Shown here piece after piece: positions 51,453 through 61,499 of a DNA stretch of 64,000 nt. The number at the start of each line of letters is the position of its first letter. Within the stretch, counting starts at the first letter, position 1. The translations under genes and the position numbers were made by a program. The DNA comes from Barthelona sp. PCE (lineage: Eukaryota). The DNA is taken from assembly GCA_040285745.1 (NCBI GenBank), contig JAUFOR010000008.1, positions 1,054,001 through 1,118,000 on the forward strand. The letters are read 5' to 3'. The notes under the pieces are model-generated. The model did not search any database. It saw only the letters and a list, made by a program, of their open reading frames with translations, and was not told where the DNA came from.

Positions 51453-53450
51453 ATGTCAGAGAGGCAAGTTATTATTCTTGACGATTCTGATGTTGAAAGC
51501 GAAAGCGAACAACAGATTCCTACTTTTACGGTAACAAACATCGCTTTTGGGTCATTTTTACTATTATCTCACCCAATGCGGTGGTGTGTGTGTAACAGCC
51601 AGGGAGCACAATTTTTCTTTAAGCGTAGCGAAACAACAATTTCTTTTTTTTTGAAGTTTACTGAGATCGTATCCATATTATATTTCGAGGATAGCACTCG
51701 CCCTGCCTGCAAGAGCGTAGTGTGCATATTAAACAATAGCATGAGCGACGCTTTGGATGCGTTTTGCCAGCAGCACAAGTTTGAATCGTCTGAATATCTT
51801 TCTGATGAGCGTATGGGCCCATCACTCGTATTTCAAACAGATAATCACGCTTCAATGTCACTATTTATCGAATTCATCAAGAAAAATACAGTAATTGATG
51901 TTTTGCCTGATTCTGTCACTTGCCACAATGTTTTCAAGGCAATTCGCACAGTAGAGGATGGTAAGAAGCAGGTAAGGGGGCATATAACTCTGGACGAACA
52001 CCAGTGGGTTTCTGAATTACAAACACTCAGCACAGATCTCGCCGCCCTGCAAAAGACTGTTGCTCGATGTGAGAGCGAGCGTCTTACACTAGGAGATGTT
52101 CTCTCGTTGCAGGACGTTAACGAAGAGAATCAGTTGGACGGTTACATTACTGGAGGCACAGTTTCTTTCTTCCTCCGATATTTTGCACATTTGCACAGTT
52201 ATTTTCAACGAAATACTCTCCTTTCTGCCTGCCAAAAGGCCCAAATGGTGCAGGGAGTTAAGAAGAAAAAGGGAACCATTTTTTCGAAGATTGGCTCAAT
52301 TCTGCCGTCTTTTCCAGCTTGTACAGTTTCCTTGGTCAACAGTGCTTCAGGAGCTACATTTAGGAGCGGTATATCGGATATACTATTATCATCTTTGCTC
52401 CCACAAGCGGTCACTGTCTCCACTTCGTTCTTCCCACTGTTCATGCGTGCGTTGGAGCGCCCTGTTCCAAAGAACACAAGCCTTCCGCATCCCTTCCTGC
52501 AATTTACAAAGTGGCCGCAGTTCAGAAATGTGAGAGACTTCTTTTCCCACACTTTCTTCCTTGTTCCCCTTCACAACCCCGAGCGCCATCATTGGACACT
52601 AGTTGTTGTCAAAGATCTGCCACTTTTAAGCCCGTATATTGATCAGAAGAGGGTGCACGCAAAAACTTTTAATGTTGACAGAGCTTCCATTTTTTACTTA
52701 GATTCTTTACGATATAGGTGTGACTACGCCCATTTCAAGGTGCGCAGGTTCGTTAAGTACATGCACGAGCGAGTTTCAACCACATCATTCAACATAAACG
52801 GAATGTGCCAGACCGCAACAGTGAACCCCCCTCAACAGACTAACTCATACGATTGTGGTGTTTACATTCTGGTCTACGCGCTGCTTTGCACGTTCGGTAT
52901 GACCTTCAAGCGGCCCGGGCTGAGGTTTATGGAACCGATAAAGAGCAGTGATCAGAAGTTTAGGAGCAGATACAGCACGAAATGGGAGAATTGGTTTGAC
53001 TCGACTGATGATCTGGGATCTAACTTTAGAGCAATATTAATCGATATGGCCAGTGATCTGAGGTTGTTGAGCCCCTCCTCCTCGAATATTTTTGATATTT
53101 CAACCGATAACCTTTCGGATTTACAGAAAGAACCTTTCGCGACGCATATGCGAAGGATTGTTGTGTTTCTGAAGAGTATTGAGAGGAGTGGGGAGATTAA
53201 TTCGAGTGAAGAAAAAAAAAGAAAACCATTGTCACCTTCACATGAACTACCAAAGAAGGAACAGTGTGTTAAGGTGATGCAATCGCCCTGTAGAACATTG
53301 TGCAGCTCAGATGACCATGTGTCCAAGTTTATACAGATGGTTTCGCCTCAGAAGAAGGATGAGAAGAAAAGTTCTAAGAAGAAAGTAACGGGAAAGAAGA
53401 AGGGAAGACGTAGGTTAACCCAGTTGTTCAAGTTCAAGAGCGAGTTGTAG
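51453..53450 (+). CDS. Ulp1/SENP-family (C48) ubiquitin-like-protein protease
   Basis: Catalytic triad motifs HHWTLVVV, FYLDSL, PQQTNSYDCGVYIL. Confidence 0.92.
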   Translation: MSERQVIILDDSDVESESEQQIPTFTVTNIAFGSFLLLSHPMRWCVCNSQGAQFFFKRSETTISFFLKFTEIVSILYFEDSTRPACKSVVCILNNSMSDALDAFCQQHKFESSEYLSDERMGPSLVFQTDNHASMSLFIEFIKKNTVIDVLPDSVTCHNVFKAIRTVEDGKKQVRGHITLDEHQWVSELQTLSTDLAALQKTVARCESERLTLGDVLSLQDVNEENQLDGYITGGTVSFFLRYFAHLHSYFQRNTLLSACQKAQMVQGVKKKKGTIFSKIGSILPSFPACTVSLVNSASGATFRSGISDILLSSLLPQAVTVSTSFFPLFMRALERPVPKNTSLPHPFLQFTKWPQFRNVRDFFSHTFFLVPLHNPERHHWTLVVVKDLPLLSPYIDQKRVHAKTFNVDRASIFYLDSLRYRCDYAHFKVRRFVKYMHERVSTTSFNINGMCQTATVNPPQQTNSYDCGVYILVYALLCTFGMTFKRPGLRFMEPIKSSDQKFRSRYSTKWENWFDSTDDLGSNFRAILIDMASDLRLLSPSSSNIFDISTDNLSDLQKEPFATHMRRIVVFLKSIERSGEINSSEEKKRKPLSPSHELPKKEQCVKVMQSPCRTLCSSDDHVSKFIQMVSPQKKDEKKSSKKKVTGKKKGRRRLTQLFKFKSEL

Positions 53451-53505
53451 TAAAGTTAGCATTAGATACGATGATTTATTTTATTACTAGATATATATAA
53501 AAGAG

Positions 53506-54759
53506 TTACGAAGGAAGTACTAGTAGACTGGGGTCACATTTGTACAAATAATATGTGTTGGCAAACGTGTCTTCGATGTGATGACAATGATTCCGCATTA
53601 TTCTGCGGTTCAGAAAATCAAGCTCGTTGCTGGATAGGACGGTGTTTATATCAACACTTAACTTTTCGATGTAGTCAACAAAAATCTCAAAAACACCAAG
53701 ATTTTCTTCTACAATACTGTAATAGTTCCTGAAAACTTCCAATGCTTTCTTTATGATCCCCTTGTGTACATGATATTCAGCTCTGGAAAGAAGGAAACCA
53801 AAGAGCTTGTGCTGATTCTCGGTGATCATCATTGCCTCTTCCAGAACAAAATTGGAAATCACCCACAAAAAAAGCATTTCCTCAATTATAGGAAGTGGAC
53901 CGTTGACATTTGCATCCATAACTGCAAACAATAAGCGCCACAGACGAGAGGGAGCTGCGAAAGAAGCAAAGTTCCCAATAACTGATAGCATCGGATTTAA
54001 ACAAATTTCATCGACGTGATCCAGACAATATGGTAAAATATCGTCCTCTGCCCACCGTACAAACTGGTCTTCAACATCACCTTGTCCCACAGAATCAAGC
54101 AAAAATGAAACTGCTCTCAAAGTATTTGTATTTTGATCTACTGGAACTATATTACAATAAGACATTAAAAATTTGCCAATATCAACCCAACAAGCCCTGC
54201 AGTACCCACTAACGTGAATTTTTTTCAGAAATCCAAATATGATGCTCTCAACAATACCTGCATCTAAACTATCAAAAATATCCTCTTGTCTGCTAATATA
54301 ATTTATGAAACGTTTAAGCGTCTCCTCGTAACAAACCGAGTGCAACTTTTTGATTGAAATAATGTTGGTAAACAACCATACAAGTTGAATGAAAAGAAAC
54401 TCTGTTTCACAGTCTAAAGAACATGCGTTCTCTACCCACCGCACAACAGTCCCGTTCAACATCATCTCGGTAGTCTGAGAATCAAAAAGACTAGGAGATA
54501 ATTGAGAGATGCGTTTTAGAATAAGAACAATATCAGAATAAGTACTACTATCAACAATATCCAGCCATTCCACAAGCTTATGCAAGACACGGACGTCCTC
54601 CAATCTGTAGTCTTCCCTGCCAGTTTGCTGTTTTAACAAAACAATACATGAATTGATATGTTTGTGAGACAGCTCTTTGTTTTCTGCAAATAATATTAGT
54701 CTTAAAATGTCCCTTGCCTGCTCACAACAGCCGTTTCTGTCGTCATCAACAGTTGGCAT
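53506..54759 (-). CDS. ARM-repeat-like protein
   Basis: Repeated W..(T/S)N helices (VWLFTNI, LWVISNF, VIGNFAS) as in importin-alpha-like ARM repeats. Confidence 0.55.
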   Translation of the reverse strand: MPTVDDDRNGCCEQARDILRLILFAENKELSHKHINSCIVLLKQQTGREDYRLEDVRVLHKLVEWLDIVDSSTYSDIVLILKRISQLSPSLFDSQTTEMMLNGTVVRWVENACSLDCETEFLFIQLVWLFTNIISIKKLHSVCYEETLKRFINYISRQEDIFDSLDAGIVESIIFGFLKKIHVSGYCRACWVDIGKFLMSYCNIVPVDQNTNTLRAVSFLLDSVGQGDVEDQFVRWAEDDILPYCLDHVDEICLNPMLSVIGNFASFAAPSRLWRLLFAVMDANVNGPLPIIEEMLFLWVISNFVLEEAMMITENQHKLFGFLLSRAEYHVHKGIIKKALEVFRNYYSIVEENLGVFEIFVDYIEKLSVDINTVLSSNELDFLNRRIMRNHCHHIEDTFANTYYLYKCDPSLLVLPS

Positions 54760-55065
54760 TGATTTGAAAGAGGTGAAAAAAACTCACTATCAAATACTAA
54801 ATGAATTTAAGTCTATTTCCAAAATTTAGCTTTTTCTCAGAATATTATTGACCATACTGACGTGAAAAATACCTAGATCGAATAATATGAGATTATTTGT
54901 TTTTCAAGCTTTCTTTGACGAAAGGTACAGCATTCGAACAAAGAAACAGCGTTCTGACCACAAAATATTATGTATAGAGCTGCATCACAAAAAATAGCTG
55001 TGACAGAATAATCATGCTAAGTATTTTTCCACCTCTATCAAGAGTTTTACTACTTTAAAAGTTTC

Positions 55066-56256
55066 ATGGAGCACCAATTCATACAATACGTTCGAATATA
55101 CACCTACAAACCTCACACACAAGCATTAAGAATTATTGAAACTATAAATGGTTTCAAAGAAGATAAAACTATGCTTCCAATCGGCTATGCATACTCCTGT
55201 ACTCTACACACAGATGAGAAGCACACAATTGAAGTTGATGGCAACACAATGAATCTTGTAGATATCATTCAAACACCATTTGTTGACAACAACACTGGAC
55301 TTGTAGTTGCAGCCGAAATTGCAGGGCAGAACGTTGATCATTTTTTGTTTGAAACCGGCAAAGACCATCTCCACTTTGTGCGTATGGTTAACAACGTTCC
55401 TTTGCTTGTTTATGAGGCTCACCCAAATCAGAAGTGTGTTGTTTTCATGGATCAGCTTTTCCGTCACCCAGAACAGGAACTCACCGTATATCGCATTAAT
55501 CGTGGCGACAAGGCTGTTTTCAACGCACAAAACATTACACAACTAGGATTCAACACAAAGAGACACGAGATCCGTGAACGCAAAAATGTTGATGATATCC
55601 TGAAAGAAGTTTCAGTTCAAGTAACTGTCGCAATCGACTTCACGGCGTCGAATGGCAAACCTTCCAATCCAACATCCCTCCACCACGGTAATAACAATGA
55701 ATACACAAAGGTAATAGAGTCCCTGAATGTTTTTAACGACTACGACGCTGATGGAATGATTGACGCTTTTGGTTTTGGAGCCATCATCCCTCCACAGCGC
55801 CAGGTACAGCACGTGTTTAGACTGAGTCAAAACGGTTGTCATGGTGTTGAAGGCGTGCTGAACAGGTACAGGGAAATCAAAAACACAATCAGGTTTAGTG
55901 GGCCCACTCTTTTATGCCCTCTGCTGACCGCATATGGCTCTCTGGTCGATCCCTCCGAGTATAACATCCTTGTAATTGTTCTAGACGGTCAGATCAACGA
56001 TATAGATGACTGTTTCAAGGTGATAAATGAACGCCTCTGCATGCTGCCAATTTCTATTGTTTTGGTAGGTGTAGGAAACGCTGATTTCGGTTTGTTAGAG
56101 CAACTTGATGGCGACGGTGAGCTTTCCTTCGCCAGGAGAGATATTGTACAGTTTGTGCAGTTCTCTCGCTTTGCTAACCTAGATTACAGCCTCACAAACG
56201 AGCTCTTTGAAGAAATCCCGATGCAGGTTGAAGAGTGGTATGCATCACGTAGATAA
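55066..56256 (+). CDS. Copine family protein (vWA domain)
   Basis: VAIDFTASNG.P..PTSLH, YDADG.I.AFGFGA, FSGPT, LDGQIND, LPISIVLVGVG, RDIVQFV, EIPMQV. Confidence 0.93.
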   Translation: MEHQFIQYVRIYTYKPHTQALRIIETINGFKEDKTMLPIGYAYSCTLHTDEKHTIEVDGNTMNLVDIIQTPFVDNNTGLVVAAEIAGQNVDHFLFETGKDHLHFVRMVNNVPLLVYEAHPNQKCVVFMDQLFRHPEQELTVYRINRGDKAVFNAQNITQLGFNTKRHEIRERKNVDDILKEVSVQVTVAIDFTASNGKPSNPTSLHHGNNNEYTKVIESLNVFNDYDADGMIDAFGFGAIIPPQRQVQHVFRLSQNGCHGVEGVLNRYREIKNTIRFSGPTLLCPLLTAYGSLVDPSEYNILVIVLDGQINDIDDCFKVINERLCMLPISIVLVGVGNADFGLLEQLDGDGELSFARRDIVQFVQFSRFANLDYSLTNELFEEIPMQVEEWYASRR

Positions 56257-56715
56257 AACACGTGTTTGAACCCATTTTGATGTAAATATTATTTTTTTTA
56301 ACAACCGGCACAAATCACCATTAATGACTTCACAGGGGCTGAGTTCTCTCGGATACATGCATGTTTACTGACAGATATCTAGTTGGATGGCGTGAATAAG
56401 TTCCTAAGCTCGAGGTCGGGTAATTGAGTTCCCACCCCATAAAAAATAGTAAAAAAGAGAAATCCGGAATGTACGATAAAGGACGTAATTCGGACAGCAC
56501 ATTCATGAGTCACAGATTCACTCTGCCATGAGTTCCGTCAACCACATGCTTCCATCATTCAACAAACATCATTCAACAATATCCAAGAATATAAAAAGTG
56601 ATCTTTTTTTTATTAATCCTTTTTCTTCCCCTTTTCAGCAATGCGCACATGGATAATCGATTAAATGATGACGCAAAGTGGTTAATTGGCAAAAAAAATA
56701 TTTGACAACAAAAAG

Positions 56716-56788
56716 TACTCAGAGGGAGACTCGAACTCCCGACCGTTCGCTTATTAGACGAATGCTCTACCGACTGAGCTATCCAAGC
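56716..56788 (-). tRNA. tRNA-Ile (anticodon AAT)
   Basis: GCTTGGA TA GCTC AGTCGGTA GAGC A TTCGT CT-AAT-AA GCGAA CGGTC GGGAG TTCGAGT CTCCC TCTGAGT A folds as a 73-nt cloverleaf with A/B boxes; T5 Pol III terminator at 56710-56714. Confidence 0.95.
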
Positions 56789-56920
56789 AATGTTCCATTA
56801 TTCAATGAAGACGGAAATGTTCCAATGAATATATCAAGTTCCATGCTGGTTATTCACAATTTCCGACAACCATTTTCTCGTCCATCTCACGTAATTAGAG
56901 GTTAAGTATACTGAAAACAG

Positions 56921-57033
56921 TTATCCTCTATCCTACACCTTGGATGGTTTACTGAAGTGACAGCCTGCATGTTGGGAGGGCAGACAGAACGAACCGTTAG
57001 ACAGGACGGGTACGGATCAATCAAGATACCGCC
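56921..57033 (-). repeat. Split direct repeat B2 (113 bp, 3' terminus)
   Basis: Identical to 57443-57555. Confidence 0.97.
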
Positions 57034-57303
57034 GCACGCTACGTACCCGTAGAGCCATGATTAGTGGCTAACTGTCTCGCTATTGAGAAAATATGACGAA
57101 ATTTTATGTAAAATTTCTTGATAAAACTTACCTGCGTTCTTTCTGCACTAGGATATAATTTATGCAGAAGATGATGAAAGACTTTCTTGGATAATCCAGC
57201 ACAGAATGTGTGCGGAGTAGTTTTTTCCAAGCTCACGGAAAAACAACAAAAAGTTTCGAAGATTATGTTGAAATTTAACTTTCTGGTTTTTTGTCTTTTT
57301 TAA

Positions 57304-57444
57304 TTTTTTGAATTCAGGAAAGAAATCGAAAAGCAGTTACTCGAGTCCGAGTAACTTAGCTAGGATTATTCTTTAACTCTCACTATCAGTGTATGTCATC
57401 TAGGTTTCGGGTGCATCAAGATTCCGATTGCCATCAACTACATT
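57304..57444 (-). repeat. Split direct repeat A2 (141 bp)
   Basis: Identical to 63335-63475; contains 9-bp hairpin agttactcg-agtc-cgagtaact (57335-57356). Confidence 0.97.
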
Positions 57445-57555
57445 ATCCTCTATCCTACACCTTGGATGGTTTACTGAAGTGACAGCCTGCATGTTGGGAG
57501 GGCAGACAGAACGAACCGTTAGACAGGACGGGTACGGATCAATCAAGATACCGCC
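57443..57555 (-). repeat. Split direct repeat B1 (113 bp)
   Basis: Identical to 56921-57033; shares TT (57443-57444) with A2. Confidence 0.97.
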
Positions 57556-58762
57556 CATTCTCGTATCTGGTTTATACTGTACAGTTCCCCCGGCATGGCG
57601 TACTCCAGGTCGTGAATATCCAGGTAATACTTATTCATGGTTTCATTGGCGCTCCAGCCCCCAATCTGTCTGGCTGTGTCTTTGTCACCATGAATTTTGA
57701 TAATATCTTGGCATCTCCCCGCTCTTATGGCGTGGGGGTTGAATCTCGCTCCAGGCGGTGCACCTATGAGGTTTGGATCGTCAAAGACGGTGTTAAACCT
57801 TTTAGAATTTTTGCTTCCCGGTCTTTTGCTCCTCTACTGAGGAGTAACGCGGTGCCCTGCCGCTTTGTTTCGAGTACATGCACAGTAAACGGCGCAAATA
57901 CACTTTCGTACCAATATTTTTTGGGGAGTTGCTACAAAACGTCCTTTTCGGCTTTTCCCATGCGTTTTATGCTTTGGGATTATCACTGAGAGGGATTGCT
58001 CCATGCTGTTTTCATGAAGAGTGATCTCAAGGTGTCGTTTTTCTATAAAATTCAATTCTCCCGATCTACAACCGAGAATGTAGTGGATCGACAGTATTTG
58101 GCAGTCCAGGATGCATTGTTCCACCTCCTGTGAGACCATAGCACTTATTTGGTCTCGTGGAGAAATTTTTTGTCCTTTTGGGGCTCTACGATAGTCTCGT
58201 GGGCTCTCTCTTGGACGAGGAACAGCAGCTTCTGGACCACAGACGCTCTTATAGCGCATTTATAACTGTGTGATTTGGGGATTGCTCCGCTTTCGTCGGT
58301 TATGATCTTTGTACGAGCTGAAATGAGGTACTGCCTGTCTGTATCTCAGGCGTCCTCCCAGCAGCCGGTTGTAAGCAGTCTAATAACTCTTAAAGAGTTT
58401 CTTAGAAGGGATCCTTATGCATCAAGAGTGCTACTCTTGTAATGCAGGATTTGGGCTGTGTTGCCTTCGGGCGATTCGCCCTTTTCGGCTCTCTCCACTA
58501 GGTCAGCTATGCGTAAACCTACTAACAGTTTGCAGTGGCTTGGATTTTTTATCCAGCCATACATCCTCCTTATTGCATTCTGATTAGCTTCAATGTACTG
58601 TCTAAATCGCTTGATGGCGGTCCTGGCTGTGCTTAAGGAACCTTTTCTTAAGAACAGCGCCAGGAGTTCGTCTACTCTCATTATTTCGGCTGGAAACCTG
58701 AAATGTTTCCTCACTATGAAGGGGACATCTATCCTTACGAAGTCAGTGTCGCCCTTCCACAA
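57543..58762 (-). pseudogene. Tyrosine recombinase, frame-disrupted in this sequence
   Basis: SAM-like LRKGSLSTARTAIKRF; ILGCRSGEL (R), PKHKT (K). The C-terminal piece 57543-57833, not in the ORF track, reads FNPHAIRAG (HxxR), IGGWS (W), MNKYY (Y) and ends at a TGA inside B1. Confidence 0.9.
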
Positions 58763-59181
58763 GCTTCCTGCTTGTACAGCCTTTGATTTGACAGGGAAAA
58801 ATTTTTTCCGGGTTGATGGTAATTTCGCACATTTCTTTCCATGGACGAACGAACTGCGATACCATACCCCACACGGGTGTGGATGGGAGAGGTTGTGGTA
58901 ACTTCTCTGATAGTAACACCGGTCCTAAGGGCCGCTAGTAAAATAATTTCTAACGCCGCTGCTGCTGACTGGGCAGGGACCATCTGTTCGACTGTGTGGC
59001 TCTCTCTTCCGATCATATCTATCTCAAACTTCGGTTTAGAGCGGGGGACTGTGTATATTATATCTTCCAGTCCCTCAAACACTGGTGTTGTATCAATTTT
59101 GTCTTCTCTCAGTTTTAAGAAGGGTGCCATTAACTTGGGCAGTCCCTGTCGTCTCGATACGGGCATAAACACTAAGTAGTT

Positions 59182-61260
59182 TTAGAGTGTTTTTCGAAAC
59201 AAGTTCATTACCCGGATGCAGCCAACTGAGCGGCCGCTCTTGTCCTGTTTTGCTCTCGCTATGAGGGGGCTGGTATGGCCCGGCTCATAAGCGCTTGGGA
59301 CGACAGAATTTAGAATTATAATCTCCTTTGGGGGAACGAGCTCTTGAAGGAAGGTTCCCCTCGATTGTTTCCAGCAGACTGGCTCTCCACGCGAGGCCAT
59401 GTCCGAAAGGTGATTAAGTACAGAGGGAACGTAAATCGCTTCCACAACAAGGTCCTTCTCTCGGCAGAATATTCTTGCCAAGGTCCGGGCAGCATCATTG
59501 GGGACAGTATTGCACGACGTTAGTTTGTACGTCGCAGCTACCACATAAGTGTTATCGCAATACTAAAACGAGATATCCGTTGGATAGCTTGGACCCGAGG
59601 CTGTGCAGCATAGCCATCAGGGGTTCCGTCTCTGCATAAGCGATCGACAGTTTTGTTTTCTGGATCGCTTTCGCTTTATCTTTTGCTGATAGCATATTCA
59701 GCCTATCGATGAGTTCATTCTTGGCAAGATCAATGCCGCCTCCACTGCGAAGTAGCAGGTGTTCGAAACAGGTTTCGTCAACATCATCCGTTGCGAAAGC
59801 TGTGCCTGCGATACTTATTTTCTCTTCACTTACAGCAGCGTCACTTATTAAAAACCCGCTTTTTCCTGGTGGAAAGAAGGGGTTGTGGTGGAAAATCGTG
59901 ATCGGCTAAACTCGCAAGGGTACACGCGAGGTGGTGTGCCTCGTTTGTACCAATGAATCCAAGTGGAGACCCGCTGGTAGGGTCTGTTGCCTTTGGCTGG
60001 GCCTCGATCTGGCCGTATTCATGATGCTGGACCTCCTTCAGGTCTTGATCGCCGATCGTGAGCGATCTCGTCATGAGCCACTTGGTTATTTTTCCAGGAA
60101 TGCCATCTTTATCCTTTCTTCTTTTCTTTAGTGCTTCGTGTATGATGGCATTGATCGTAATGGCGGAGACATGTAGCTTTCTGCTAGCAGCTCTAAACGC
60201 CGTGCACTTCGATGCAAGTTCTACGAAGTCTTTTTTTCCTTGCATGAAGCTTGTGGGCCAGTTCTTGAGCCCTTAGCGCGATCTTACGGCAATTAGCATC
60301 ACTTGGTGCTAATGCCACTTTCATATTTGGATCGTCCGGCGGTCCAAAGGTAGATGTGATGGTGAAACCTATCACATCTAATTTCTTACATGGTTCGACA
60401 GATTTTTTCTTGTTGATAGTGATATCCAACCAGAAACAGATTAGCTTGAGCAGACGCATGGCGTCGCTGGCACTACGGTATCTGCCTCTTCGATCTGGGG
60501 ATTGCCATCCGAAAACATCGTCTATGTAGGCCCATAGTTGGTAACCTAGAGCACGCATAGGCGCTAGGGCTAGGTTCATCAACACTGAGAATATAGCGGG
60601 GCCAAACGTGACTCCGAAGCACAACTTTGTGCACCGGTAAAAGCCACCGTTGAGGGAAAATGTAAAGAACTTTTGAAAGTCTTCCGCAATGGGGATGAGA
60701 TGGAAGCCGTTGGATGCATCGATGGAGAACAAATCATCGTTCGGGTTTACCAGGTTAAATAACCGCACCTTGGGCAGTTCCATTGGGAACATGTTAAACA
60801 TGTCGTTAATCGGGGTGCAATCAGTAATAATTCTTATATCACTTACTGAGACATCTTCGAAGTACTCCTCAATGTCTTCTCGGCTGGCCCAGTCTTGGCT
60901 GAGGGCGACAATGGCCGATTGTTCGATGCCTTTGGGCACCACACCGATTTTAATAAAAGCTGTTTTTACGCCAACAGGAGGTTTCGACATTTCCCAAGCT
61001 GGGTCATGATCCAGCTTAACAAAGGCGTCGCTTTTTTCTATCTTTTCCTGTACTAGGAGGGAGATGCGCGATCCATCCTCAAACCAGTTTTCTTATGGAC
61101 CGTTAAACGGTCTTTTACGGATTTGAGAAACGTTTTTTGATTACTCATGACGTGATGGGCGCTTATTCCGTGCGTCAACATCGATTGGAGGTTGGTGGAA
61201 TGGTCGTCACTTAAACCTGCGATTTTTTCATAGTATCGATGCGTTGACGGGTTTGACGAG
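59182..61260 (-). pseudogene. Reverse transcriptase-RNase H, frame-disrupted in this sequence
   Basis: RT: VVPK, RIITD, SIDASNGFHLI, LCFG...GPAIF, AYIDD, INKKKS, VIGF. RNase H across frames: ISDAA, IAYAE, YCDN, YVPSVLNHLSDMASR (DIRS-type). The 5' boundary is approximate. Confidence 0.9.
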
Positions 61261-61499
61261 GCGCATGTGGGCTCGTCTGTAACGTATACTCCATGAATTT
61301 CTCTGCCTTGTCTAGATATATTCCTAGCTCTCGTATTTTTAGGCCGGGGATAGCGTCCACAAGAGACGCTGGCGGAGATGGCTCAGCCCAACCAGTTAGG
61401 TCAGGGGCCTGTATACTTACTATCTCACTCGCTCCACGCTGGGGTTCATCCATGCTGGCTGAGAATGGCCTGGCATTTTTCTGCACCGCAACGTTAAGG

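Noticed and set aside
56330-56440. GC-richer intergenic block with GGGG/CCCC ends, possible ncRNA
   Set aside because: No convincing 5S, snRNA, SRP or RNase P motifs, and terminal pairing is weak; an Infernal scan is needed.
330-56905. Numerous short ORFs in the track nested in or antisense to long genes (e.g. 4020-4601, 32726-33325, 24477-24671)
   Set aside because: They are shadows of real CDSs on other frames or strands, many with TTG/GTG starts not expected in a eukaryote.
57120-57140. ACTTACCTG resembling the U1 snRNA 5' end, or a CAG|GTAAGT donor on the minus strand
   Set aside because: No U1 stem-loop I/II motifs or Sm site follow, and there is no CTAACNNNYAG acceptor downstream within the element.
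57304-57555. Hammerhead ribozyme in repeats A/B (TTGATGC...GAAAC on the minus strand)
   Set aside because: The CUGANGA core and stem III with an NUH site are not present.
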